From NCBI GenBank assembly GCA_965198115.1, contig OZ240241.1:1568001-1632000 (forward strand): a DNA stretch of 64,000 nt, written 5' to 3'. Source of the stretch: Candidatus Latescibacterota bacterium (GTDB taxonomy: Bacteria; Latescibacterota; UBA2968). Positions 19,526-29,927 of this stretch are shown here, in pieces; the first letter of the stretch is position 1, and every line of letters starts with the position of its first letter. Made by a program: the position numbers and the translations under genes. The notes below the pieces were generated by a model that worked only from the letters and a program-made list of their open reading frames with translations, was not told the DNA's origin and made no database searches.

Positions 19526-20575
19526 TCACGTCCTCCGTACGCCTATCATCAGCGCTTTCGCCGGATTCTTCACCATAACCAGCTCGATTTCTTCCTCAGT
19601 GAACCCCGCCTCCCTCATCTGATCCAGGAAGGATTCGAAGATCAACCCGTAGGGAGTAAACTTCCCACCTCCCGGTTCGCCGGGCCGGTACCAGCCCGCG
19701 TCGTGCGACAGGTGAACGTGATCGAGCAGACCGCGCTCCTGCATCGCGAGTAGATGAGCCAGATGTCTTGCTCGCGACTTCTCGCGACACCCATCGAAGG
19801 CAATCCATCCCCCGGCTCGTGCGATCTCTTCGTGCGCGTCGTTGTCCGTCTCGTGCTGCGCGTGCGTCCAGACCCAAGCGCTCGGATGAACGCCCTCCTC
19901 ACGAAGAATCGCGATCTCCTCTCTGGCGGGAACGGCGTAGCCCGTATGGGCGTAGATCGTAAGACCGGTCTGCAAATGGGTTAGCGCTGCCGCACGCACG
20001 AGCTTCGCATCGATCTCGGACAGCGAACCTTTGTCCACGCCGATCTTGATGAACCCCGGCCGGACACCCGTCTCATCGATCCCGTATTCCCATTCCCGCG
20101 TCCACCGATCGGCCAGCGTTTCCGCCGACTCCTCGAAGGCATGAGCCGGTACGTGCTGATCGTTGCGCGCACCGTAATAGCCCGTATTCGTCAGAATGTG
20201 GACATCCGATGCTTCGGACAAACGCTTGAGCAGCAGGGGATCCCGACCGAGGTAGGCGGGCGTGCATTCAATCAGCGTCTGACACCCAAGCCCTCTCGCT
20301 TCGCGGAGATACGGGAGGACGACATCGAACGCATCGTTCGGGTCATACCGGTCGCGTGACGCCTTGCCCGCATCGACGAAGTCAACGAGGATGTGTTCGT
20401 GAGGGAGCGTTACACCCAACGCTTCGGGCGCAACGAGCCCACGCACGGTCATCACACGCCCTGCGGCATCGGGTTCTCGAGAGCCGCACCGTAGGCCCCA
20501 AACGGCGGATCCTACGGCCATGGTACTCGTCTTCAAGAAGGCTCTTCGCCCGATATGTTGACCTGTCTCTACCAT
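19526..20575 (-). CDS. Phosphotriesterase-family amidohydrolase with Tat signal
   Basis: GRRAFLK; [33 protein letters not shown]. Confidence 0.9.
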   Translation of the reverse strand: MVETGQHIGRRAFLKTSTMAVGSAVWGLRCGSREPDAAGRVMTVRGLVAPEALGVTLPHEHILVDFVDAGKASRDRYDPNDAFDVVLPYLREARGLGCQTLIECTPAYLGRDPLLLKRLSEASDVHILTNTGYYGARNDQHVPAHAFEESAETLADRWTREWEYGIDETGVRPGFIKIGVDKGSLSEIDAKLVRAAALTHLQTGLTIYAHTGYAVPAREEIAILREEGVHPSAWVWTHAQHETDNDAHEEIARAGGWIAFDGCREKSRARHLAHLLAMQERGLLDHVHLSHDAGWYRPGEPGGGKFTPYGLIFESFLDQMREAGFTEEEIELVMVKNPAKALMIGVRRT

Positions 20576-20731
20576 ATCTGTGCGTCCGAATATCTAAACC
20601 CCCCACTCATCACGCAACGGGAAACCCGCGAACGACCAATCCAGCTTGCGCGACCACGACGCCTCAGGTACTATGGCCCTACTCTTCGTGTTTTTCGAGT
20701 GTTTCGTGACCGGTTTCACCGGGGTAGCAGC

Positions 20732-21919
20732 GTGAGTTACGAACGATTCAAAGCGTGGGCAGCGACGGAGCTCGCCAGCATTCAGGAGGCCGGGCTCTAC
20801 AAACGCGAGAAGGTCATCACGTCACCGCAGGGACCGAGCATTCAAACGGAAGAAGGCGACAACGTCAACTTCTGTGCGAACAACTACCTGGGACTCGCAA
20901 ACCATCCAGACATTATCCAGGCCGCCCGCGATGCCCTCGACACGCACGGATACGGCCTGTCATCCGTCCGATTCATCTGTGGAACACAGAACCTGCACCT
21001 ATCGCTCGAGCGTCGTCTGTCCTCCTTTTTCCGAGCGGATGACACGATCCTCTACTCATCCTGCTTCGACGCCAATGGGGGTCTCTTCGAGACCCTTCTG
21101 GACCCCGAGGATGCAATCCTCAGCGACGCGCTCAACCACGCGAGCATTATCGACGGTGTTCGCCTCTGCAAGGCGAATCGGTTCGTCTTCGCCCACGCCG
21201 ACCTCGTCGATCTGGAGACAAAGCTCAAAGAATCCGCTAACGCACGCTTCCGTCTGATCGCGACCGACGGCGTATTCAGCATGCACGGTGACCTCGCCCC
21301 GTTGGACAAGATCTGTGACCTCGCCGAGCGGTATGATGCCCTCGTGATGGTCGACGACTCTCACGCCACCGGGGTGCTCGGATCGAGCGGACGGGGCACG
21401 GCAGAGCACTTCGGCGTAGGGGACCGGATCGACGTCACGACCAGCACACTCGGCAAGGCGCTCGGGGGCGCATCGGGGGGATTCACGACCGGACGAAAGG
21501 ACCTCATCGCGCTCCTGAGGCAACGGTCACGACCCTACCTGTTCTCGAACACGATCGCACCACCCGTTGCCGCCGGCGCCCTCAAGGCCATCGACATCAT
21601 CGAGTCCGACAGCAGCTTGCTCCAGGCATTGACCGAAAACACCAGCTTCTTCCGGCAAACGATGACCGACCGGGGCTTCGCCATCAAGCCAGGCGTGCAC
21701 CCTATCGTTCCAATCATGATCGGAGACGAGCAAAGGACCGTCGACATGGCCCGGCGTGTAAACGACGAGGGCATCTTCGTCGTCGGCTTCAGCTATCCCG
21801 TCGTACCTCGCGGGGAGGCGCGAATTCGCGTCCAACTCTCCGCCGCCCACACCCGTGGTCAGATCGACCGCGCCATCGATGTCTTCGAGGCCGCTGGCAA
21901 AGCCTCGAGTGTCCTCTGA
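20732..21919 (+). CDS. kbl: Glycine C-acetyltransferase (2-amino-3-ketobutyrate CoA ligase)
   Basis: [61 protein letters not shown]. Confidence 0.95.
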   Translation: MSYERFKAWAATELASIQEAGLYKREKVITSPQGPSIQTEEGDNVNFCANNYLGLANHPDIIQAARDALDTHGYGLSSVRFICGTQNLHLSLERRLSSFFRADDTILYSSCFDANGGLFETLLDPEDAILSDALNHASIIDGVRLCKANRFVFAHADLVDLETKLKESANARFRLIATDGVFSMHGDLAPLDKICDLAERYDALVMVDDSHATGVLGSSGRGTAEHFGVGDRIDVTTSTLGKALGGASGGFTTGRKDLIALLRQRSRPYLFSNTIAPPVAAGALKAIDIIESDSSLLQALTENTSFFRQTMTDRGFAIKPGVHPIVPIMIGDEQRTVDMARRVNDEGIFVVGFSYPVVPRGEARIRVQLSAAHTRGQIDRAIDVFEAAGKASSVL

Positions 21920-22647
21920 TGGCACGAGTCGCGCTCGTCACCGGCGCAGGTCAGGGCATGGGCCGCGCCGTTGCTGAAAAGCTCGCAGCGCAGGGCGCAC
22001 ACGTCGCAGTCAATGACCTCAACTCTGAGACGGCGGACCGAACCGCCCGGTCGCTGACATCCGCCGTCGCAGTTCCAGGCGACGTCACCGACAAGGCCAC
22101 CGTCGAAGAGATCGTTGCGCAGACCACCGATGCTTTCGGCGCGATCGACATTCTCGTCAACAACGCCGGCATCCTCTACCCCACGAAAGTCGAAGCCATC
22201 AGCGAAGACGAATGGGATCGCGTCATCGCGGTCAACCTACGCGCCACGTTCCTGTGTTCACAGGCCGTGCTCCCGGGTATGCGGGCATCCGGTTGGGGCC
22301 GGATCGTCAATTTCTCTTCGACGGCAGGCAAGAGCGTCAGCACCATCGGCGGTGCGCACTACACGGCCGCCAAGACCGGCATCCTGGGATTCACACGTCA
22401 CCTCTCACGCGAGGTCGCGGCCGACGGCATCACCGTCAACGCCGTGTGTCCCGGCCTCATCGATACCGAAATGGTCCAATCCACGATCCCAGCCGAGAAG
22501 GTCCGCGCCTATGCCGACAGCTTTCCCATCCCACGTCTCGGGCGGCCCGGCGAGGTCGCCGATCTCGTCGCTTTCCTCGCATCCGACGAAGCAGCTTACA
22601 TCACAGGGGCCTCGCTGGACATCAACGGCGGCGATTTGACGATCTGA
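21919..22647 (+). CDS. Classical short-chain dehydrogenase/reductase
   Basis: TGAGQGMG, NNAG, YTAAK, PGLIDT; TGATG coupling to kbl. Confidence 0.92.
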   Translation: MARVALVTGAGQGMGRAVAEKLAAQGAHVAVNDLNSETADRTARSLTSAVAVPGDVTDKATVEEIVAQTTDAFGAIDILVNNAGILYPTKVEAISEDEWDRVIAVNLRATFLCSQAVLPGMRASGWGRIVNFSSTAGKSVSTIGGAHYTAAKTGILGFTRHLSREVAADGITVNAVCPGLIDTEMVQSTIPAEKVRAYADSFPIPRLGRPGEVADLVAFLASDEAAYITGASLDINGGDLTI

Positions 22648-22690
22648 TCCGGACTCACCGTATCACCACGTTCTGAACAAAGGAGCCACC

Positions 22691-23530
22691 TTGTCCACCG
22701 AGTTGAAGGATCGATGGCGAACGGAATTCGAGGAGGCGGATGTCGGAACCATCCGGGATTGGCTGGCCCAGGATCCGGGACTCGTGTCCGAGCGCGTCGA
22801 CAGCACGCTGAAAAGCGGATCCACCCGCACCTGGGGACCTCTCTTTGCAGCCAGTGTCCAACTCAAGTCCCTGGAAAAGGTCAGAGCGCTGGTCGAAGCC
22901 GGAGCAGACCTTCAGAACAGCGATCTGGGAACGCACTGGCCCACGGACATCTATGCGATCAACGAATATTTCGTCGAGCAGGGCGTCAATGTGAACCAGC
23001 CCAGCTATTTGGGCTTTCACGCGATCGGCGTCTGTGGTCTGGACACCTTCTACCTGATGGTCGAAAATGGTCTGGATCCGAACTACGCCTGGCCCTACAA
23101 CGGCGAGACTCCGCTGCACGTCCAGGCAAGGGAAGACAATGACACCCATCTCGCCCGAGCCTACGGCCTCATCAAGGCGGGTGCCAACGTCAACGCGCCA
23201 ACGCTGTCTGGCCTGGACGACGAGCCCATCATGGACAACGAACACTTCGTGAGATACGGCAAGGAGACACCCCTCCACTTCGCCGCTCGGCTGGGAAATC
23301 CTCAACACACTCGGCTACTACTCACCCACGGAGCGGACCCCACGCTCAAGACCGTCAGCAGAGTCGTCGATCCGCAGGCATTCGAACCGTGGAAGGGTGA
23401 GGTCACCTCGCTAACGTGGCCAAAAAAGGATTTCAGGCGAACGTTGTTCGAGCCCTATGAAGGTGAAACCGCACTCGACATGGCCGTTCGAGAAGGTCAC
23501 CAGAAGATCGAGCAGATCCTCAGGTCCTAA
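22691..23530 (+). CDS. Ankyrin-repeat protein
   Basis: GETPLH..LIKAGANVNA, ETPLHFAARLG..LLLTHGADP, GETALDMA. Confidence 0.85.
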   Translation: MSTELKDRWRTEFEEADVGTIRDWLAQDPGLVSERVDSTLKSGSTRTWGPLFAASVQLKSLEKVRALVEAGADLQNSDLGTHWPTDIYAINEYFVEQGVNVNQPSYLGFHAIGVCGLDTFYLMVENGLDPNYAWPYNGETPLHVQAREDNDTHLARAYGLIKAGANVNAPTLSGLDDEPIMDNEHFVRYGKETPLHFAARLGNPQHTRLLLTHGADPTLKTVSRVVDPQAFEPWKGEVTSLTWPKKDFRRTLFEPYEGETALDMAVREGHQKIEQILRS

Positions 23531-23652
23531 AGTCCATAATCACCATCGCTCCGGGCCAGCGGCGCAAAGCTCTGGCGGCTGACGTGGACGGCAGGATCTA
23601 CTTGCCTTCTCACTTCTCCCTTCTTACTTCTCCCTCTCTTACGGGGTAAACC

Positions 23653-24798
23653 ATGAAGATCACCGACGTCAAAACCTTCATCGTTCATCCGAAGACCGGC
23701 AAGAACCTCTGCTTCGTTAAGATCGAGACTGACGAGGGTATCCACGGCTGGGGCGAGGCCTACACCCAGGCCGATCGAGTCATAACCATCGAGTCGCACA
23801 TCGACCAGCTCGCCCGCTATTTGAAAGGCCGATCCCCGTTCGAGATCAAACACTTCACCTTCTGGGCCTACACGGACTTCGGCGGGAAGCGTGGTGCGAT
23901 GGATCTCTATTGTGCCATCAGTGGGATCGAACACGCTCTTTGGGACATCGTCGGAAAGGCCTCGGGACAGCCCGTCTACAACCTGTTGGGTGGCCCCTGT
24001 CGGGAGAAAATCCGTGTTTACGCGAACGGATGGGGCGGGGGCGGCGACCTCGACACGCTCGCTCGAGCCGCAGAGAAAACGGTCGCGCGAGGATTCACCG
24101 CGCTCAAGTTCGACCCCTTCCCCAGTCCCTGGCGCGCCTACATCGACCGGACGCAGGAAGACATCGCGGTCGAACGCGTCAAAACGGTGCGAGAAGCCGT
24201 CGGGCCCGACGTCGAGATTCTCGTCGAAGTTCATCGCCGCCTCGCACCCATGCACGCTGTACGTGTCGCCCGGTGCATCGAGAAATACCGTCCATTCTGG
24301 TACGAAGAGCCCGTCTCATCACGCGATCTCGACAGTCTCGCTGAAGCGCGCAGCCAGATCAACATCCCGGTCGTCACGGGCGAAGAGCTTTACCTGAAGC
24401 AGGAGTTCAAGACAGCTTTTGAGAAACGTGCGGCCGACATCATCAACCCGGACATCGGCGCCTGCGGCGGTATCCTCGAAATTCGAGAAATCGCCGCGAT
24501 GGCCGAAACCTATCACGTCGCGGTTTCCCCGCACAACTACAACAGCACGACGCTCGGGCGCGCCGCAACCATCAACGCCGCTGCATCCATGCCCAACTTC
24601 ATCATCACCGAATACTTCGTGAACCTCGAGCCCCTCGGCCAGGACATCGCCACAACTCCTTTCGAGGTCGTCGACAGTCATATCGCCCTACCCGACCGAC
24701 CTGGACTCGGAATCGAGCTGGACGAAGAAGCGCTTGCACGCTACCCCTACGAGCCCTTCCCGGATAGAAACATCCGCCGCTCTGCTGATGAAGCCTGA
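23653..24798 (+). CDS. Mandelate racemase/muconate lactonizing family dehydratase (DgoD-like)
   Basis: TDEGIHGWGE, AISGIEHALWDI.GK, KFD, WYEEP, TGEE, INPD, PHN. Confidence 0.88.
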   Translation: MKITDVKTFIVHPKTGKNLCFVKIETDEGIHGWGEAYTQADRVITIESHIDQLARYLKGRSPFEIKHFTFWAYTDFGGKRGAMDLYCAISGIEHALWDIVGKASGQPVYNLLGGPCREKIRVYANGWGGGGDLDTLARAAEKTVARGFTALKFDPFPSPWRAYIDRTQEDIAVERVKTVREAVGPDVEILVEVHRRLAPMHAVRVARCIEKYRPFWYEEPVSSRDLDSLAEARSQINIPVVTGEELYLKQEFKTAFEKRAADIINPDIGACGGILEIREIAAMAETYHVAVSPHNYNSTTLGRAATINAAASMPNFIITEYFVNLEPLGQDIATTPFEVVDSHIALPDRPGLGIELDEEALARYPYEPFPDRNIRRSADEA

Positions 24799-24853
24799 AA
24801 CGATACCTGAGACACTCAACACTGGTTGAAGACCCGTTCGGTTCGAGCGGAGA

Positions 24854-25807
24854 ATGAGTAAAACCATCCCACAGAACATCGACTACGACTCGGCGCTTTC
24901 CCATCTGGAGGATCAGGGCTATGTGGTGATCCACAACGTCCTGTCACCCGATCAGCTGGCCGCAGCGCGCTCGGCGGTAGACGCGCTTTTCGCAACCGAG
25001 CGGGAAAGTCCGTTCGATCCGGGCGAGGGAACTCCCACTGCAGAAGACGCGGAGATCGAAGCCTATCTGGCCAGGAGTTATCCCATCACTCGGGCAGAAT
25101 TGCGCCGGCTCATCCGACGAATCCGCCACGACCGGGAACTCAACCACGACACACCCTGGCCAGTTCCGATCGAAGAGGTGGTCAAGCTCTTTCTCCATCT
25201 ACCAACGCTCTTCGACCACGATCGGTCCCAACGCATATGGAACCTCCTGGCCAAAGACAAGGCGGTTGCCGACCTCATCGAGCATCCGACCGTATTACGA
25301 CTGGTACACGCCATCCTCGGGTCCGACTGTGTACTCTCCGACTGCAGCGCTACGAGTGTCGGGCCTCACACAGAAGGCGGCGCCTGGCACGTGGACGTGC
25401 CGCTCGGACAACTGCCGGAGCCCTTACCCGACTTTCCCCTGACGACTCAGAACGTCTTTATGCTGGACGACTTCACGGAGGAAAACGGTGCGACGCGGAT
25501 CGTTCCCGAAAGCCACCTGACCCGCAAAAAGCCCCAATGGAAGAAACACGGTGGGGAACAGCTGGACGAGGTGGCGCTGACAGGGCCCGCCGGGTCGCTG
25601 GCCCTCTGGCTGTCGAACACCTGGCATCGACACGGGCCCAATTCCACCGACCGACCTCGACGGGCCATCCTGGCCTACTATTGCCGCTCCTGGATCAAGC
25701 CGTTCACCGATTACCGGACGGTCGTTCCCCCGGACGAAGTCCCGAAGTATTCACCTCTAGTGCGTTATCTGATGGGATTTTCTTCCAATCCGCCATCTCG
25801 CGGATGA
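24854..25807 (+). CDS. PhyH family dioxygenase
   Basis: QGYVVI, WHVD, DDFTEENGATRIVPESH, WHRHGPN. Confidence 0.87.
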   Translation: MSKTIPQNIDYDSALSHLEDQGYVVIHNVLSPDQLAAARSAVDALFATERESPFDPGEGTPTAEDAEIEAYLARSYPITRAELRRLIRRIRHDRELNHDTPWPVPIEEVVKLFLHLPTLFDHDRSQRIWNLLAKDKAVADLIEHPTVLRLVHAILGSDCVLSDCSATSVGPHTEGGAWHVDVPLGQLPEPLPDFPLTTQNVFMLDDFTEENGATRIVPESHLTRKKPQWKKHGGEQLDEVALTGPAGSLALWLSNTWHRHGPNSTDRPRRAILAYYCRSWIKPFTDYRTVVPPDEVPKYSPLVRYLMGFSSNPPSRG

Positions 25808-25844
25808 GACGGAACTTCGGAGACGAACTCGGAGGAGGTGGCCG

Positions 25845-26837
25845 ATGAAAACCCACGTGTTCAACAGCGGTCAGGATGGCTACAACACGTATCGCATACC
25901 CGCGCTTCTTACTGCGCAGAACGGCGATCTTCTCGCGTTCTGCGAAGGCCGTCGAAACACCCCGCGTGATTACGGCGATATCGATCTCCTCGTCAAACGA
26001 TCGAGTGATGGAGGCCAGTCCTGGTCGCCGCAGCAAGTCGTCCACGCCGAGACGGGGGACGTCACAATCGGCAATCCGTGCCCCGTTCTCGATCGCCACA
26101 CCGGCGTCATCTGGATGCTCTTCTGTCGGGACAATATCGACGTGTTCGTCACCCAGAGCGATGATGACGGCCATACCTGGAGTCGGCCAATCGACATCGG
26201 CGCGATGGTTAAACACGAGGACTGGAGCTGGTATGCCACCGGGCCCGGTGTCGGCATCCAGCTGGAGCGAGGACCCCACAAGGGTCGCCTCGTGGTTCCC
26301 TGCGACCATCGGCGCAACACGACCTACGGCAATGGTTCACACGTTGTTTACAGCGACGACCACGGCCAAACCTGGCGAATGAGTGGAATCATCAAACCGG
26401 GCGCGAACGAGTGCCAGGTCGGGGAACTCGCGGATGGAACGCTCATGATGAACATCCGCTTGCAGACTCACAGCCGTGGGTTTCGTGGCGTGTCCACGAG
26501 CCAGGATGGCGGCCAAACGTGGACGGACCTCATTCACGAGGAGCAGCTGTTGTGCCCCAAGTGCCAGGCCGCGTTCGTCGCCGACGGCCGCTCTCTTCTG
26601 TTTTCCAACCCGGTGCCTTCGACCCTGCCCGATTCCGAGAAGGGCGAGCGCTTCAATCTTGTCGTGCGGCGAAGTGTGGACGGCGGCAAAACGTGGAACG
26701 ACCTCACGGTCCTGCATCCCGGGCCAGCGGCCTATTCCTCTCTCCTCTTCTTGTCTCCGGATGAGGCAGCCTGTCTCTACGAAGCCGGAGAAGAGGACTT
26801 CCGGGAGCACCTGGTCTTCCAGCGGTTCCCTGTATAG
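25845..26837 (+). CDS. Sialidase (GH33-like, BNR repeats)
   Basis: YRIP motif; Asp-boxes SSDGGQSW, SDDDGHTW, SDDHGQTW, SQDGGQTW, SVDGGKTW; AAYS, LYE. Confidence 0.9.
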   Translation: MKTHVFNSGQDGYNTYRIPALLTAQNGDLLAFCEGRRNTPRDYGDIDLLVKRSSDGGQSWSPQQVVHAETGDVTIGNPCPVLDRHTGVIWMLFCRDNIDVFVTQSDDDGHTWSRPIDIGAMVKHEDWSWYATGPGVGIQLERGPHKGRLVVPCDHRRNTTYGNGSHVVYSDDHGQTWRMSGIIKPGANECQVGELADGTLMMNIRLQTHSRGFRGVSTSQDGGQTWTDLIHEEQLLCPKCQAAFVADGRSLLFSNPVPSTLPDSEKGERFNLVVRRSVDGGKTWNDLTVLHPGPAAYSSLLFLSPDEAACLYEAGEEDFREHLVFQRFPV

Positions 26838-26843
26838 TCAGAA

Positions 26844-26868
26844 TCGCGGCTAGGAAGCTGCTCCCACC
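26844..26868. repeat. GTGG-type REP, uninterrupted
   Basis: tcgcggctaggaagctgctcccacc, sibling of 5176-5224. Confidence 0.6.
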
Positions 26869-27032
26869 AAAACCTCGCGATTCAATTGCCACGCCGCGCG
26901 CTCGTACATAACTCTTCCAAATCTTAAACATCAGAAGTCTCAATTTCCCCTCCGCTACCTAATCCGGTAGTCTCCTACTGTAGTCCAGTCGCTTGGAAAC
27001 TCCGACCTTCCCTGCCCATAAAGGAGGTTGTC

Positions 27033-28310
27033 GTGCCGGTCAAAGCAATCGTCGGGGCCAACTGGGGAGACGAGGGCAAGGGCAAGATCACAGACCACTT
27101 CGCAGCGGAAGCCGACATCGTCGTCCGCTTCCAGGGTGGGTCCAACGCCGGCCACACCGTCATCAACGAGTTCGGCAAGTTTGCACTTCACATCATGCCG
27201 TCGGGCGTCTTCTACCCGCACGTCACCAACGTCATCGGGCCCGGCGTTGCCCTCGACCTCTCATCTCTGTTCACCGAGCTGGACGAACTTGCGAAACGCG
27301 GGGTCCCTGCCCCTGCGGTCCGCGTCTCGGATCGCGCGCAAATCCTTCTCCCGATTCATCGCCTCCTCGACGCCTATGAAGAGGAACGACTCGGCGCGCG
27401 CGCCTTCGGTTCCACGAAGAGCGGCATCGCCCCGTTCTACGCCGACAAAGCACTCAAGGTCGGGGTCCAGGTCAACGAGATCTTCGACGAGGGCCATCTC
27501 GCCGATCGCCTGGGTCGCACTCTTGCCGTCAAGAATGCCCTGATCCAAAACATTTACGGCAAGGACCCTGTCGCACCATCCGAACTCGTGAACCATTGCC
27601 TGTCCTACCGTGACTGTCTCGAGCCACTGGTGTGTGACACGACCGAATTGCTCCACCGCGCCCTGGCCGATAATCAGCGCATTCTGCTCGAGGGTCAGCT
27701 CGGCGCCCTCCGTGATCCCGATCACGGTCTACATCCGTTTCCGACCTCATCCTCTCCTATAGGAGGCTATGCTACCGTAGGCGCTGGCGTTCCGCCGTAT
27801 GCCATCACCCAAATTCTGGCAGTCACCAAGGCCTACTCCAGCTGCGTTGGCGCAGGCCCTTTCGTGACCGAACTCGTCGGAGACGATGCGGACGAACTTC
27901 GCAAGCGTGGGGGCGACGCTGGTGAGTACGGCGCAACGACCGGCCGTCCGCGAAGGGTTGGATGGTTCGATGCAGTCGCCACCCGCTACGGATGCCGGAT
28001 TCAGGGCGCCACGGCCGTTGCTCTGACCAATCTCGACGTTCTCGGCTACCTCGATCGCATTCCCGTTTGTACAGCCTACCGCGTCGAGGGCGACCCTATC
28101 GACCGGTTTCCCGTCTCCCGTCTCCTCGACGGCGCAGAACCGGTGTTCGAAAACCTCGAAGGATGGCGATCCGACCTGAGCAGCGCCACCACGTTCGACG
28201 AGCTTCCGGTTGCCGCGCAGGCCTATGTGAACCGGATCGAATCGATGATCGAACTACCCATAAGTTGCGTCTCCGTCGGGCCGCATCGCGACCAGCTGAT
28301 ATCGCGGTAA
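27033..28310 (+). CDS. purA: Adenylosuccinate synthetase
   Basis: GANWGDEGKGK, GGSNAGHT, EYGATTGRPRRVGWFD; RBS AAGGAGG. Confidence 0.97.
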   Translation: MPVKAIVGANWGDEGKGKITDHFAAEADIVVRFQGGSNAGHTVINEFGKFALHIMPSGVFYPHVTNVIGPGVALDLSSLFTELDELAKRGVPAPAVRVSDRAQILLPIHRLLDAYEEERLGARAFGSTKSGIAPFYADKALKVGVQVNEIFDEGHLADRLGRTLAVKNALIQNIYGKDPVAPSELVNHCLSYRDCLEPLVCDTTELLHRALADNQRILLEGQLGALRDPDHGLHPFPTSSSPIGGYATVGAGVPPYAITQILAVTKAYSSCVGAGPFVTELVGDDADELRKRGGDAGEYGATTGRPRRVGWFDAVATRYGCRIQGATAVALTNLDVLGYLDRIPVCTAYRVEGDPIDRFPVSRLLDGAEPVFENLEGWRSDLSSATTFDELPVAAQAYVNRIESMIELPISCVSVGPHRDQLISR

Positions 28311-28389
28311 CGGCCTGATTCCGGTCGGGGCTGAATCAGCTAATGCTTATATTGGGCAAGACCTTTCCGCCGTCGGGACGGGGAAACCC

Positions 28390-29385
28390 ATGCCGCCATT
28401 CGACCTCGACATCGCACGCGAAGGCCTGACCGACGGTTTCGTCGATCGGCTGCAGAACCGAATTCGCGCCTGCCTTCTTCCAGCCGCCGAAGAGTATTTC
28501 GCCGGCGGCGGGACGGCCTATACCCAGAATCCGCTCTCGATGGAGCGGGAGGAAATGGCCGTCCGCTACTTCGACACCCAGCCCTGCGCCATCTCTCTCC
28601 TGGGTCGAATGGGATCCGAAGGGAACGAACAGGCAGACATGCTCGCGCGGCGTCTGTTCGACAACGCCGCCTACTACCTCGATGAGTGGCGCTCTCGCGA
28701 AGGCTACACGGCTCCCCTCCGTCGGTCGTTGCTACACCTCGCCGTTTGCTATGAAGCCATGAAAGACCTCGTCGATCCCGGTATGGCCAACCGTTGGCGC
28801 GCAACGGTCCTCCGTGCCACGGACGACGTCCTTTTTGACTTCGACAATGTCGAACAGGAAGCACCCACGGCAGGAGCTGTAGCGCTCGACGCTCGGATTG
28901 TGCACGGCGCCATCTCGGCTGAAGGGGTCTGGCAGGTTTGTAAGATCTTTGGACGGAGCGAATGGAGGGCTCGCGTCGAAGTCTTTGTCGATACCCTGGT
29001 TCAACGGCTCACGAAAGGTGACTTCGTCGGCAGCGGAGGCGATCCTTCAACGCTTCACAGCGCGACCAAGACGATGGGATGTGCATTCCTCGTCCAAAAG
29101 TGGCGTGGATCCGACGATCTGGAGTCATTTGAGCGGTTTGGAACACGCCACCGTGAATCGCGTTTGGAAAACCTGACCGGGGATACACCGACCTCCGGAG
29201 GGATGGAAGCCTACGGCGTCGCACTCCAGAGTCGGAATCCGCAGGGCCGGGGATTTCTACGGCTGGCATTGGATGCCGACACCGGGATCTTCGACTACGA
29301 GAGCGCCGGACTAGAGCGCTTGTCACGGCTCTCTTTCGAACTCGATTACTGTGAACGCGGGGAGGGCGCCGTCCCGGATTCCTGA
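28390..29385 (+). CDS. Hypothetical protein, probably alpha-helical
   Basis: 331-aa ORF with plausible composition; no motif recognised. Confidence 0.6.
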   Translation: MPPFDLDIAREGLTDGFVDRLQNRIRACLLPAAEEYFAGGGTAYTQNPLSMEREEMAVRYFDTQPCAISLLGRMGSEGNEQADMLARRLFDNAAYYLDEWRSREGYTAPLRRSLLHLAVCYEAMKDLVDPGMANRWRATVLRATDDVLFDFDNVEQEAPTAGAVALDARIVHGAISAEGVWQVCKIFGRSEWRARVEVFVDTLVQRLTKGDFVGSGGDPSTLHSATKTMGCAFLVQKWRGSDDLESFERFGTRHRESRLENLTGDTPTSGGMEAYGVALQSRNPQGRGFLRLALDADTGIFDYESAGLERLSRLSFELDYCERGEGAVPDS

Positions 29386-29465
29386 TCGTTCGACACAAAC
29401 CCCCGTCCCATGTGGAGCGCAGCCTCGTCATCACCATCACCGTTCAACGCTAACATACAAAGACC

Positions 29466-29927
29466 ATGCTCTCCCTCCGGAAAGCCACCCCCGCAGACAA
29501 AGCCTTCGCCTACGAAGTCAGGAAATCTGCCCTCGGTGAGTACATCAGTCGGACGTGGGGTTGGGACGAATCCTTCCAGTTCCACCATCACGAACGGGAC
29601 TATGATCACCACACCACACAGGTCATCACGCTCGACGGCCGGGACATCGGGATCTTGCGTGTGCGTCGCGAAACGGACGCCCATCACCTCGATCAGATCC
29701 TGATCCTCCCGCTCTACCAGGGACGCGGCTACGGTTCCCAGCTCATCCGGTCCCTCCTCGACGAGTGCAGGGCCCTGGTCAAGCCGCTCCGGCTCCAATA
29801 CCTCGACACCAACCCCGCTGGCAGGCTCTACGAACGCCTCGGATTCAGGCAGGTCGGTGAGAATCCGCCTCATCGCCTCGCTGAATGGACCCCTTCTGTG
29901 CCCGAAGACGCTCGGACCACCGAGTGA
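29466..29927 (+). CDS. GNAT family N-acetyltransferase
   Basis: ILPLYQGRGYGS, NPAGRLYERLGF. Confidence 0.9.
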   Translation: MLSLRKATPADKAFAYEVRKSALGEYISRTWGWDESFQFHHHERDYDHHTTQVITLDGRDIGILRVRRETDAHHLDQILILPLYQGRGYGSQLIRSLLDECRALVKPLRLQYLDTNPAGRLYERLGFRQVGENPPHRLAEWTPSVPEDARTTE

